A DNA stretch of 63,876 bases, filler included, from Folioceros fuciformis (taxonomy: Eukaryota), in assembly GCA_049999805.1 (NCBI GenBank). It is 16 parts of 16 records of this genome, joined end to end, with 100 filler letters (N's around TTAATTAATTAA, not from the genome) between each part and the next. Parts side by side here need not be neighbours in the genome. Positions count along the whole stretch, not along the records: positions 49,935 to 51,464 come from JBNGIO010006628.1; positions 51,565 to 57,644 come from JBNGIO010006629.1; positions 57,745 to 59,174 come from JBNGIO010006630.1; positions 59,275 to 63,876 come from JBNGIO010006631.1; 12 more parts are not named here. One strand, written 5' to 3'. The stretch's first letter is position 1, and each line of letters starts with the position of its first letter. Below the pieces are notes generated by a model, which was given only the letters and a program-made list of their open reading frames with translations, had not been told where the DNA came from and searched no databases. Both the position numbers and the translations under genes were made by a program. Shown piece after piece: positions 49,935 to 60,639 of the stretch.

Positions 49935-51464
49935 GCTTCTGTTATTATCATTGCCATGTATGTGGATGATTTAGTCATTGTTTGCGATGATTAGGAGCTT
50001 CTGGCCTCTGCAAAGCGTGGGCTCAGCGAAAGCTTTGCTGTATGAGACCTCGAGGAGCTACATCATTTTCTAAGTATAAAGGTTGACAGAGATAGGACCA
50101 ATAGGGCAATCTCTCAAAGTCAGCAGACGTATGTGCAGACTATACTAGAACAATTTGGGATGCTAGATTGCAAACTTTTGGAAGTAGCCAAGTGCATGTT
50201 ATTTCACAACGGCTTGCAGATCAACTTTCGGGGAGAGGCTGTCATGACAGCAACCTATGTGTTGAATAGAGTTCCGACAAAGGATGTACCTAGTATGACA
50301 CCAAAGGAAGCTTGATCTGGTATAAAACCTGATATCCGACATTTGAGGGTTTTTGGTTCCGTGGTCTACGCTCGTATCCCGAAGGAAAGATGGACCAAAT
50401 GGGATACTAATGGAACAAAGTGTCTCCTGCTTGGCTATTCAAATGCAGAGAAAGGCTATAGGTTATACAATCTTACTATGCTGAAGGTCTTTTTAAGCAG
50501 GGATGTTTTTCAGGAGGCTATCGAGATATTGCCTGGAGTGGGCCCCTCAGATGTTCAATCTATCGATGACAGTGGTGTGCCTTCTCCAACTAGCTGCCAC
50601 CTTGACCCGCCTGATTCGATGCCTGACGACTCTTTTCACTCTTGTGATATAAGGGGGGAAGGGGGAGACACTCCTAATGTCCCTACGGTTGTTGAAGACA
50701 TTGTTGGAGCCTTACCCCCACCCGTAGATGTAGATTGCGACATTGAGGGGGGCGGGAGTGAAACTTCTGATGTTTCTGAAGAAGTAGCAAACTGTCCTAT
50801 TATAGCACCGCAACCGGAATTACGTAGATCCACCAGGTTGCATAAGCCTTCTCAGAGGCCTATCGACTCCATCAATGGGTGTGAGGAGGTGTGTTTTGCA
50901 GATGTTGGAGAACCCCACAACCTGAAGGAGGCATTCGAAGGCCCAAAGGCAAAAGAATGGAGAGCAGCCGTGGACAGTGAATACAACTCCCTCATCGCCA
51001 ACAAAACGTGGATTATTACTCCCCTACCTCTTGGAAGAAGATGCATAGGATCAAGGTGGACTTTCAAGATTAAGCGGAAGGCTGAAGACAGCATAGAGCG
51101 CTACAAGGCGAGGCTATTAGGGAAAGGGTATACGCAGATTCCAAGCGTGGATTATACCGATACCTTCTCACTTGTTGCAAAGATAGCCTGTATCCGAGCA
51201 CTCCTTGCTATCGTCGTTGCCTTGGATATGGAGGTACATCCTATAGATGTTCAAACTGCCTTTTTGAATGGGGATCTGAATGAAGAGATCTACATGGAGC
51301 AACCCGAGGGCTATATGGTACTTGGACGTGAGGGCGAGGTATGCAAGTTACAAAAGGCAATTTATGGTCTTAAGCAATCCGCCCTTAGCTGGTATCGTAA
51401 AATTGATGATCATTTCTAGTCTAGAGGTTTCAAGAAGACTAATGCAGATTGGAATATTTATGTG
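49935..51464 (+). mobile_element. Rearranged copia pol fragment (RT C-part, then IN C-part, then RT N-part)
   Basis: MYVDD...QFGMLDCK is fused at ~50175 to integrase EAVMTATYVLNR; then NKTW, YGLKQSA; several stops. Confidence 0.85.
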
Positions 51465-51964
51465 NNNNNNNNNNNNNNNNNNNNNNNNNNNNNNNNNNNN
51501 NNNNNNNNTTAATTAATTAANNNNNNNNNNNNNNNNNNNNNNNNNNNNNNNNNNNNNNNNNNNNTGTGTTCTTCCACCGCTGATCATGCCGATACATGTA
51601 TAATTATATTATGGTATCAGAGCGGGATTCTCTCCCGTTCGGATTCTCGTCCGCTCCAGCGATATGGTCTAACACTACGGATACAATTGCTGGACGGACA
51701 AACCGGCGGCGATCCTTACCCGGAATCTTACAATTCTTGAAGAGAATAAGGTATGCTTTTTTTTGCGGCAACAGCGCTGAGAACCTGAACACAGTAGGGA
51801 TGGACCTGTCCAGCGGGAGCGCCCAGTCTGGATCCCACCACCGCTCAACAAGCCCTGGACAGAGGAGGAGAAACAAACTTATTCTAGGATGCTCAAACAA
51901 TTCTGGCAGGCGAGCAGTAAATGGGAACGTGCTGCTAGGCACAACAAGTGATTGCTAAGGCAAT

Positions 51965-52465
51965 ATGACGGGCAGCAAGAAGAAGTGCAAACCTTTTTCT
52001 TATCCACGCTGCCCCTCACCATTTCCTAATTGCTGCCCCAGACAGTTTATTAGTACTCTTCCACAGTTTTGCCCTGTACAGCTACTTCCCATCTGCTGTC
52101 ATCAAGCCTGTACCTCACGATTTGTGACCAATCCATCCCCTGTTGATCTAAAACACCTGATATACAGAATTGAACTCCTTGAAGACCAGGCATTTGATAA
52201 TAAGGTTAGCCACCATAGAGATATAACCTATCTCAATTCTCAGATTAGCACTCTAAGCACTAAATTACAACAACTTTCAGCCAGCTTAGAACCTTACCTT
52301 GTGGATAGACCAATATCACCAAAAGTGGCTGTGGTTTCTCGTTGTGATCCTGTGTTTTGGTTTAATGGTTGTCCCCGAACCTGTAGAGCAGATTTTAGAG
52401 TCAATCTCTACCATTTTTGGGGAAGAGCCCCAAGCCCCTCAAACATTATGTATCTAGTTTGGTAG
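51965..52465 (+). CDS. Extra ORF upstream of gag (ORF0) in element C, Cys-rich + coiled-coil
   Basis: 166 aa, ATG-initiated; HLIYRIELL...RDITYLNSQISTLSTKLQQL. Confidence 0.55.
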   Translation: MTGSKKKCKPFSYPRCPSPFPNCCPRQFISTLPQFCPVQLLPICCHQACTSRFVTNPSPVDLKHLIYRIELLEDQAFDNKVSHHRDITYLNSQISTLSTKLQQLSASLEPYLVDRPISPKVAVVSRCDPVFWFNGCPRTCRADFRVNLYHFWGRAPSPSNIMYLVW

Positions 52466-52565
52466 GTTCAGCATCCTACCATGTATGTGGTCCCCACCAC
52501 ACAGGCTGCCTCGAGATCCTCGCAATCACACATCACCTAGAAACCCTAATCCACAACAGCCAGTC

Positions 52566-55500
52566 ATGTCAGGAGCATCAAGCAGCAGCAGTGGAAACAC
52601 TGTCATCAACAATAACACCAAGGTCGATATCAAGGATAAAGACCGGTTTAATGGGAGTGATTATCCCATATGGGAAATGCGCCTGACAGCCATCCTTGAG
52701 GAACATGATCTCATGGACCTAGTTACTGGAAAGACAGGAAATCCAGCAATTGTACCTGCAGGAGGAACTGTATGTACACCCGAGGCAATTGCAGCATGGG
52801 TAAAACAGGATAAGCGTGCACGTAGCATCATCCTGTCAGCTTTGGATAGAAATATGATCCAACATACACAGGGGCAAGCTACTTCAGCAGCTGTTTGGAA
52901 GGTGTTCCAAGACATGTTTGCAGCGAAAGACTCCATGTCCCTGCTCAATGCAACCAGACTCTTTTACGGACTACGCATGAAAGATTCAGATAGCGTAGAG
53001 CATCATGTGCACAAATTCCGTACCTTAAGAGCAAAGTTGTCTTCATGTGGGCAAGATGTAACGGAGTTGCAAGCATCAATTGTTCTCCTTACCTCATTAC
53101 CACCAAGTTATAGAGCTTTTGTAAGCTCACAAACTTCTGTTCTCAGGCAAACAGTGAAGTCGCCATCAGCAGGTAGCACACCTGCTATTACACTCTCAGA
53201 GATTGTAGGTGCACTTTTGGAGGAGGAATCCAGTAGGACAGCAACTGGACGTAGCCATCATCTGACTTCACAAGTCCTCTATACCCAGAGAGGACGTGGA
53301 AGAGGGCGTGGACGTGGTAGGGGCCGTCCCTATCAAGCTCTTTCCTTTTCACAGGGCCAGCGGAAGCAAAAGGGCACTTGTCACTGGTGCCGCATCCCTG
53401 GACATTTTGAGAACGAGTGTAGGAAGAAACGGGCTGGAGAGCCCCGTCGAGAAGCCCCACCTATTGAATCTCACCTGGTGACCCGTGGGCAAGCAAGCAA
53501 CACAGTGACACAGAATGTTAAGGCTCCTACAATCCTAGCGGTCTGTCTATCCCTCACAAAAGCTGATAACAACATGTGGTTTTTGGACTCTGGGGCGACC
53601 AACCACATCTGTATATCAAGGGAAAAATTTGTTACTTATCTTTCAGCCCCGACTAATCAGTTTGTGTTGCTTGGGGATGATAGTGGCTTATCCATAGCCG
53701 GATATGGAGAAGTGTTATTTCCACTTAATGGAGGAAAGCAAATCCAGTTGTTTGGAGTTCTTCATGTACCTAATATGACCAAAAATCTGTTGTCTGTTAG
53801 GAAGCTTGTCACAGACCATGATCTCTACATCTGCTTCACACCTACAGCTTGCTTGGTCACGTCTGCACGTAACCATTCAATTATCTTAGGTGAAGGGGTA
53901 ACTTACAATGATCTGTATCGTTTTGACATGACCCCTGCCAATCCTCACAGTCTCGTTGTAGATGCAAAGTCCGATGTAGACAACAGTTTCTTATGGCACA
54001 GCAGATTCTGCCACCCTAGCGTTACATATATTCGCCAAGTGGTCAATAAACCTGAGTTGTATAAAGATCCCATTTCTTTCAAAGTTCGGGATCACCTGTT
54101 TTGTGAAGATTGCCAAGTTGGCAAGCTAGCCCAGAAGCCCTATAATGATCCTGACCCTTCCAAGGCAACTGGCTTGTTAGATGTCGTGCATTCGGACGTC
54201 TGTGGTCCTATGTCGACAACGTCTTTTGGTGGTGCTGTTTATTTTCTAACTTTTCTTGATGAATGGAGCCATTACTGCTGTTTATACTTCCTACATACAC
54301 GCCAGCAAGTATATGACAGTTTCTTAGATTATGTGAGTATGGCTGAAACACAAACTGGGTATACTTTGAAGAAGCTGAGAAGTGACAATGCTAAGGAATA
54401 CCTTAGTTATGATTTCCAGTCGTATTGCAGACAGAAAGGCATCCTCCACCAGTTAACTGTTCCCTACCATCCTGCACAAAACTCCTATGCTGAGAGATAT
54501 AACCGAACATTGCAAGAACGCTGTAGGGCAACGTTGTCCTCAGCTGGTCTCACTCGTGGGTATTGGGCCGAAGCAATAGCAGCAGTGAATTATGTGCAGA
54601 ATCGTTTACCTGTCAAACCTTTGTTCACCTATACGCCTTTTGAACGTTGGTGTGGACATAAGCCAAGGATTGGTCATCTTCGCATTTTTGGTGCCGCTGC
54701 ATATGCATATATACCAGCCGACAAACGTGGTAAGATGGACAACAGAGCTACTAAACATGTGTTTATAGGCTATTCCGAGCAATCTAAAGGATACAAATTA
54801 TACAATCCCTATACAAGGCAGCTTACCTTAGCTCGAAGCGTGAGTTTCAATGAGAGTTTCATATTAACTTCACATCAGCACTCTGTTACAAGCCATCAGC
54901 CACTTTCAGAACAATCTGTTTATGGCCATACCCCGCCAAATCAAGTGGAAGACGACCAGCTAGACATAGATATCGCCATTTTTCCTTCAGATTTTCCGGA
55001 TACTCCTACTGTTCAGCAACTGCCACAGATCCATGCTCCTAATCCTCAGCCATACGTCAACTTACCTAACATCTCTGTTCTAGATCATCCAGAGTATGCT
55101 CCACAGGACACTGATGCCACATTACCTGAACAAGATATGGCAGAGGTACCTCCACATCCTGAATGTGTGCCTGAACCTGAACCAGAGCATCAGGTATTAC
55201 GTAGGTCAGCTAGGGTCCATCGTCCTAGGTCTGAGTGGTTAGAAAAACCGTATGAGCCAGGGGATACCCTAGCGTCCAGTCAACAGCACGCATTACCACA
55301 TACTAACCTTGCAGCTTTTACAAACACTGTAGCTTCTTCCATTTTAGATCCACCCAATACACCTGTCACATACCAGGAAGCTATCTCAGGTCCTCAAAAA
55401 GCAGCATGGCAAAAGGCAATCAACTCAGAGTATGATAGCATCATTTCTAATAACACATGGGAACTTGTTACCTTACCACCAGACAGGAAGGCTATAACCT

Positions 55501-56972
55501 CCAAGTGGGTTTTCAAACTGAAACTGCATCCCGATGGCTCGGTGGCTCGGTACAAAGCACGCCTTGTAGCTAGGGGCTACACTCAAGTTCAGGGTTTGGA
55601 CTACAACGAAACATTCAGCCCTGTAGTCAAGCCCACATCTATGAGAATCCTCCTTTGTTATGCCGTGAAAGAGAAGCTCATCGTCCATCAGATGGACGTT
55701 AAAACTGCTTTCTTGAATGGTCCTCTTGATGAAGTTATCTATATGCATCAGCCTGAGGGCTATATCAAGGATCCTGCAAAGGTATGCAAGTTACTCAAGT
55801 CACTTTATGGTCTAAAACAGTCAGCTAGAATATGGAATTCAAGAGCAGATAAAAAGCTCCGCAAACTAGGTTTTGTACCTCTAGTAGCAGACTGTAGTGT
55901 CTATGTTTTGAAACGTGCTAATCAGCTTTGCATAATAGCTCTTTATGTAGATGATAATTTTCTTTTTGCTAGTGATGAGCAAATACTTACAGAGGTTAAG
56001 ATGGAGTTGTCTCGGGAGTGGGACATGACAGATGTAGGTCCTCTCAAGTTTGCCTTAGGAATACAATTTAGCTTTAGCTTAGACAGGACCTGCGTCACCA
56101 TCCACCAAGCTCACTTTATCAGACAGCTGCTGTCAAAGTTTAACCTCTCACAACTCAATCCAGTAACTACACCTATAGCTACAGGTGATAAATTGTCTTT
56201 AGAAGACTGCCCTAAAACACCAGCAGAGACTGCAGAAATGGCATCTATTCCTTACAGAGAGGCTGTAGGTAGTCTGCTATACCTGGCAGGATGGACTCGT
56301 CCGGATGTGTCCCAAGCAGTAGGCATAGTTTCTCGCTTCCTAGCCAACCCAGGTAAGAAGCACTGGATGGCCGTTAAAAGGATCCTACGATATTTAAAAG
56401 GCACTCAAGACTTCTATATTCAATACACAGCAGCAGGGAATTCAACTCTTACTTCTTTCTCTGATGCTGATTGGGCTGGAGATGTTGATTCTAGGAAGTC
56501 TATAGCAGCCTATTGTCTTCTGTTATGTGGTTCTGCCATCAGCTGGCAGTCAAAGAAGCTAACTACCGTCAGCCTCTCTTCAACAGAGGCTGAGTATGGC
56601 GCTTTATCTTTAGCTGCACGGGAGATAGTATGGGTCAGACAATTTCTGGACGGCATCCATTGGCAGCAGCCCTCAGCAACATTGTTGAAATGTGATAACC
56701 AGTCGGCAATCGCTCTAACAGCGAATCCAGTACTGCATGCCAGATCAAAGCATATTGAAATACAGTTTCATTTTATCAGGCAAGCAGCAGAAACAGGGGT
56801 CATCCAGTTGGAGTATGTTCACACTTCTGAGAATGTCGCTGACTTACTGACAAAGGGACTACCAAAGGCCATACATGAGCAGCATCGAGCTACACTAGGA
56901 TTGCAAACATCAGCACAGACTTATCTGGAAGGGGAGAGTAGCCAAGCTACTCGTAAGAAGAGGGATGACTGA
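52566..56972 (+). CDS. copia gag-pol polyprotein (intact)
   Basis: Single ORF with gag, CHWCRIPGHFENEC knuckle, PR FLDSGA, IN HSDVCGP/LRSDN, RT YVDD and RNase H DADWAGD. Confidence 0.95.
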   Translation: MSGASSSSSGNTVINNNTKVDIKDKDRFNGSDYPIWEMRLTAILEEHDLMDLVTGKTGNPAIVPAGGTVCTPEAIAAWVKQDKRARSIILSALDRNMIQHTQGQATSAAVWKVFQDMFAAKDSMSLLNATRLFYGLRMKDSDSVEHHVHKFRTLRAKLSSCGQDVTELQASIVLLTSLPPSYRAFVSSQTSVLRQTVKSPSAGSTPAITLSEIVGALLEEESSRTATGRSHHLTSQVLYTQRGRGRGRGRGRGRPYQALSFSQGQRKQKGTCHWCRIPGHFENECRKKRAGEPRREAPPIESHLVTRGQASNTVTQNVKAPTILAVCLSLTKADNNMWFLDSGATNHICISREKFVTYLSAPTNQFVLLGDDSGLSIAGYGEVLFPLNGGKQIQLFGVLHVPNMTKNLLSVRKLVTDHDLYICFTPTACLVTSARNHSIILGEGVTYNDLYRFDMTPANPHSLVVDAKSDVDNSFLWHSRFCHPSVTYIRQVVNKPELYKDPISFKVRDHLFCEDCQVGKLAQKPYNDPDPSKATGLLDVVHSDVCGPMSTTSFGGAVYFLTFLDEWSHYCCLYFLHTRQQVYDSFLDYVSMAETQTGYTLKKLRSDNAKEYLSYDFQSYCRQKGILHQLTVPYHPAQNSYAERYNRTLQERCRATLSSAGLTRGYWAEAIAAVNYVQNRLPVKPLFTYTPFERWCGHKPRIGHLRIFGAAAYAYIPADKRGKMDNRATKHVFIGYSEQSKGYKLYNPYTRQLTLARSVSFNESFILTSHQHSVTSHQPLSEQSVYGHTPPNQVEDDQLDIDIAIFPSDFPDTPTVQQLPQIHAPNPQPYVNLPNISVLDHPEYAPQDTDATLPEQDMAEVPPHPECVPEPEPEHQVLRRSARVHRPRSEWLEKPYEPGDTLASSQQHALPHTNLAAFTNTVASSILDPPNTPVTYQEAISGPQKAAWQKAINSEYDSIISNNTWELVTLPPDRKAITSKWVFKLKLHPDGSVARYKARLVARGYTQVQGLDYNETFSPVVKPTSMRILLCYAVKEKLIVHQMDVKTAFLNGPLDEVIYMHQPEGYIKDPAKVCKLLKSLYGLKQSARIWNSRADKKLRKLGFVPLVADCSVYVLKRANQLCIIALYVDDNFLFASDEQILTEVKMELSREWDMTDVGPLKFALGIQFSFSLDRTCVTIHQAHFIRQLLSKFNLSQLNPVTTPIATGDKLSLEDCPKTPAETAEMASIPYREAVGSLLYLAGWTRPDVSQAVGIVSRFLANPGKKHWMAVKRILRYLKGTQDFYIQYTAAGNSTLTSFSDADWAGDVDSRKSIAAYCLLLCGSAISWQSKKLTTVSLSSTEAEYGALSLAAREIVWVRQFLDGIHWQQPSATLLKCDNQSAIALTANPVLHARSKHIEIQFHFIRQAAETGVIQLEYVHTSENVADLLTKGLPKAIHEQHRATLGLQTSAQTYLEGESSQATRKKRDD

Positions 56973-57258
56973 GTTACGGCCTAACAGGTTGCAGCAGCGT
57001 TTGGACATCCACGTATCGGGCATCGTTTGTGTGTTACGCACAGTTCAGTCCCTAGTGCCGAGCCTGCAGCACCCAAGAGCAACAGCTATTAGTCTTTGGA
57101 TGAAGCTGTCAAGTCAATCTAAGCAAAGGCGTAGTAGCAGATGGTTTCATAACACCACACTACCAGGCTTGCAGGCCGTGTCCACATCTTCATCTTCCGG
57201 CAGCGGTTGCATGCATGCCGCCCTAAAGACAGCAAGCTCAACCTCACTCGACTTGATA

Positions 57259-57480
57259 CTAGCGCGGGGAGGAGGCCGGCTGTTTTTCAGTTGAAGGCAT
57301 CATCTCAGATTTTCCCAGCAGCGCACCTCTGCGCTTGTGTTCCAGTTTTGTGCTGTGCTTGCTGCCTCTCTTGTTGTGTCGCGCATCAAGTTTAGGTGGG
57401 AGCACAATCCAGACGGCGAGGATGATCGCAAGAGCTAGCTCTAGCAGGTGAGCTGCGATCTGTGCATAAGCTCCAGCCAT
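57259..57480 (-). CDS. Antisense small membrane-protein ORF of element C
   Basis: MAGAYAQIAAHLLELALAIILAVWIVLPPKLDARHNKR...; TM-like helix with LAL-x6-WI followed by a basic tail. Confidence 0.58.
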   Translation of the reverse strand: MAGAYAQIAAHLLELALAIILAVWIVLPPKLDARHNKRGSKHSTKLEHKRRGALLGKSEMMPSTEKQPASSPR

Positions 57481-57744
57481 GTCGGTAGCTCAGTCCTCTG
57501 TCAGCACTCTGGATAGCGTTTCGAGGTTGTGCATGCGCCTGGCCACTCAGCAACTTACTCTGACCAGATAAGGCCATGAGTTAGGTCTGAGAGGGCGTAT
57601 TGGGTTATCTTTGTTTACATACACTAACTCATTATACACTCACTNNNNNNNNNNNNNNNNNNNNNNNNNNNNNNNNNNNNNNNNNNNNTTAATTAATTAA
57701 NNNNNNNNNNNNNNNNNNNNNNNNNNNNNNNNNNNNNNNNNNNN

Positions 57745-59107
57745 CACGTTCCACTTATGGCAAAGCACCTCCTTTCCGTAAGTTAGTTGATGTCTTTGCG
57801 TCAGTACGACCTCCTCTTCACTTCTAACAGTTGCGAACTACAGAAGCGAGGGGGGGATAATAAAGTCGTAGCAAAGGGACATCTTGTTCACAATTTATAT
57901 CAGCTAGATCTCACCTGTATACCTCCAGAGTCGGTGCATGCTGTCCAGTCATCACAGTCTGCCCAAGCTAGTTTGTGGCATGCTCGATTGGGACATGCTA
58001 ATAGAGACAAGCTGATTAAAATGTCTAACCTAAGTAGCTATAGAGAGCCCCTACCCAAATGTTTCAAAGACTTACCACTTTGCGATGCGTGTGTTATAGC
58101 CAAACAGAAAGAAGTTCCCTTTCCAAAATCAGTTGCTCATCGTGCATCACAGATACTTGAATTAGTGCATGCAGACATTTCAGGCAAGATCCATGTTCCC
58201 TCCCTTGGCGGAGTGTTATATTACCTTACCCTCACTGATGATTATAGCCGATATTCCTGGACTTACCCTCTTCGCTTGAAGTCTGATACCTTCGAGATCT
58301 TCAAGGAATGGTTTGTCATGGTACAAAGGCAGACTGGATGCTTGCTTCAACAGTTACGAACTGACAATGGAACGGAGTTCACACACGCTCACTTCAACCA
58401 TTTTTTGCTTGAGAATGGTGTTGTGCGCCAACTTATTGTGCCCTATACCCAACAGCAGAATGGCGTTGCTGAACGCCGAAATCAGACACTGTTGGGCATG
58501 ACTAGGAGCATGTTAGAGTGGTCTGGGCTGAGCAAAACTTTTTGGGCGGAGGCAGTAGTCACAGCGACTTACATCCTTAACAGGCTCCTGACAAGTGCTG
58601 TGGATTTGCAAGATTCCTGCAGAAAGGAGAAAGAAGTTAGAAGACCGAGCTTGTCCACTCATCTTTGTTGGATATGGCGAGGAGGCAAAAGCTTACAAAT
58701 TATTGGATCCACTTACACACACGGGAGTGTTTGCAAGGAGTGTGACCTTCAAGGAGCTTGTGTGCCCTACCAAGCCGTATTTTGCGCATCTGCCCGATAA
58801 CCAAGAGACTGTTACTCATGTTGATCTCACAGATATGGATGACTCCACAGATTACCCACAGGATGACATACCTGACGTTAGCCTTGGTCAGGTGCCAGGG
58901 GTTGTTCAGAACCCTGTAGCAGGAGCTGCACCTCAGCAAGCAGGTAATTCTGTTCCAGCATCACCTGCCCCTGCTCCTGCTATGCAAACAGATCTACCTG
59001 CTCATGTCAATCCTGGTTCACTGCCTCCCGACATGGAAGAGGTTACAAATGGTTTTCAGGATCATCCTACAGCCTTGGAAGAGGCTGGGTCTGATTTAGA
59101 GGTCTGA
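57745..59107 (+). mobile_element. copia PR/integrase fragment related to element B
   Basis: LWHARLGH, REPLPKCFK, HADISGKIH, LRTDNGTEF; small deletion and frameshift near 58600. Confidence 0.9.
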
Positions 59108-59274
59108 TTTAGAGGTCTGATTTAGACCCCCTCTTAGGTGGGGTTAGGGTTAGGTCAGAGTTAGGGGCAGCTTANNNNNNNNNNNNNNNNNNNNNNNNNN
59201 NNNNNNNNNNNNNNNNNNTTAATTAATTAANNNNNNNNNNNNNNNNNNNNNNNNNNNNNNNNNNNNNNNNNNNN

Positions 59275-60177
59275 TCTTTTGGCGAAGGCCACTGCCCTGG
59301 CCCTGGCCAAGCACCCAGTGGTGAATGCAAGTTGCAAGGATGGTAAGAGCTTCACATACAACAGCAGCATTAATGTTGCCGTGGCTGTGGCCATGGATGG
59401 TGGCCTTCTGACGCCAGTGCTTCAGGATGCGGACAAGGTAACTTGAACTCAGTATTTGCTCCTGCCTGGTGGAGCACTTATCGAGGTACAAGTCTTTTGC
59501 TGCTCCCTTTGTAGCCTGAACGTTGGATGGGAAACAAATGCAGATCGATATCTATTCTCTGTCCCGCAAGTGGAAAGAGCTGGTGGACAAGGCCCGTGCT
59601 AAGCAGCTGCAGCCTTCAGAATACAACTCTGGTACCAGATTTGGCATGGCTTTAGCTCTCAAGTTTCCAGGGCATAGCCGTGACATCAAGCTGAAGCTGA
59701 CTGTGTTTGTGTCTTGGTCCGCAGGGACTTTCTTTCTGTCGAACCTGGGAATGTTTGGTGTGGACAGATTTGATGCTATTCTTCCGCCAGGGGCCGTAAG
59801 TACCTCCAACTGTGGCGCTCCCTACGTCACCGTGTTGCCATTGGTTGTAGCAGGATATGATAACCGGGCATGTCTGTTACAGGGTGCGATTATGGCCGTC
59901 GGCGCGTCTCGACCAACAGTGGTGGCAGCTCCTGGAGGCCTTTTCGGTGTAAAGAGCCAGATGCAGGTGATCGATCACAGGGCCCAAAACACTGCAAATG
60001 CATGTCCTCCAGAACTTGTTGCAAGCTTCCTACTGTTTTTGGGCGAGTTTACTCACTCTGAAGAGGTTGCAGGTGAACGTAACAGCAGACCACCGAATCA
60101 TCTACGGTGCCGATTTAGCAGCTTTCTTGCAAACATTGGCGGGCATCATTGAGGACCCCAAGGATCTGACTTTGTAG
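59275..60177 (+). CDS. LTA2: Plastid pyruvate dehydrogenase E2 (dihydrolipoyllysine acetyltransferase), 3' part
   Basis: Exons 59275-59437, 59544-59631, 59725-59795, 59883-59966 and 60073-60177 with GT-AG introns; GGLLTPVLQDADK, SNLGMFGVDRFDAILPPG, catalytic VTADHRIIYGAD. Confidence 0.92.
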
Positions 60178-60639
60178 AAAATATAGTGCCAGTCCTCACT
60201 CATTCAGTGCTATGTCCGGTTCTGTGGGAGCAACCGCGCCCCTGGCTGCCTCAGTGGGGCTGACAGACGGGGAAAGTTTTGCGTCACAATTTTTTGCACT
60301 CCATGTCGAGTGCCAGACACTATGTAGTGGAGAGTGTAGGCCTAAGAACCAGACAACTGTGATAACCGACGGTGAGATATAGCTGTCCTACATTCGGACT
60401 CGAGCCTGAATAAGAGGTAATTGTTTTCGTCAGAGTTGATGGAAATGAGAAACTTCAATGTCCAGATCCCGCAATCCTCCTCGTCAGAGTTCCTGGCCTC
60501 TACTTCAACAAAGAGATGAACGTCTCGTGCAGCCGGGTCGGGGAATTCGCCGTGTGTATGAAACAACAAAAGAATTCTTTCTGAAAGATGGGGAGATGGA
60601 AGAGGGCTCATTCAACATTGCTACTGGAGGTGAGCGATG

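Larger units (their letters stand above)
51565..57644 (+). mobile_element. Ty1/copia LTR retrotransposon with intact gag-pol and extra ORFs (element C)
   Basis: LTR end ..ATTA 51611, PBS 51612-51623, uninterrupted gag-pol, PPT 57589-57597, 3' LTR begins TATTGG at 57598. Confidence 0.97.

Noticed and set aside
59088-59174. 13-bp triple repeat and TTAGGG-like sequence (also TTTAGGG-like at ~37411-37443) as telomere
   Set aside because: Only 2-3 imperfect units; such telobox-like motifs are common in plant repeats.
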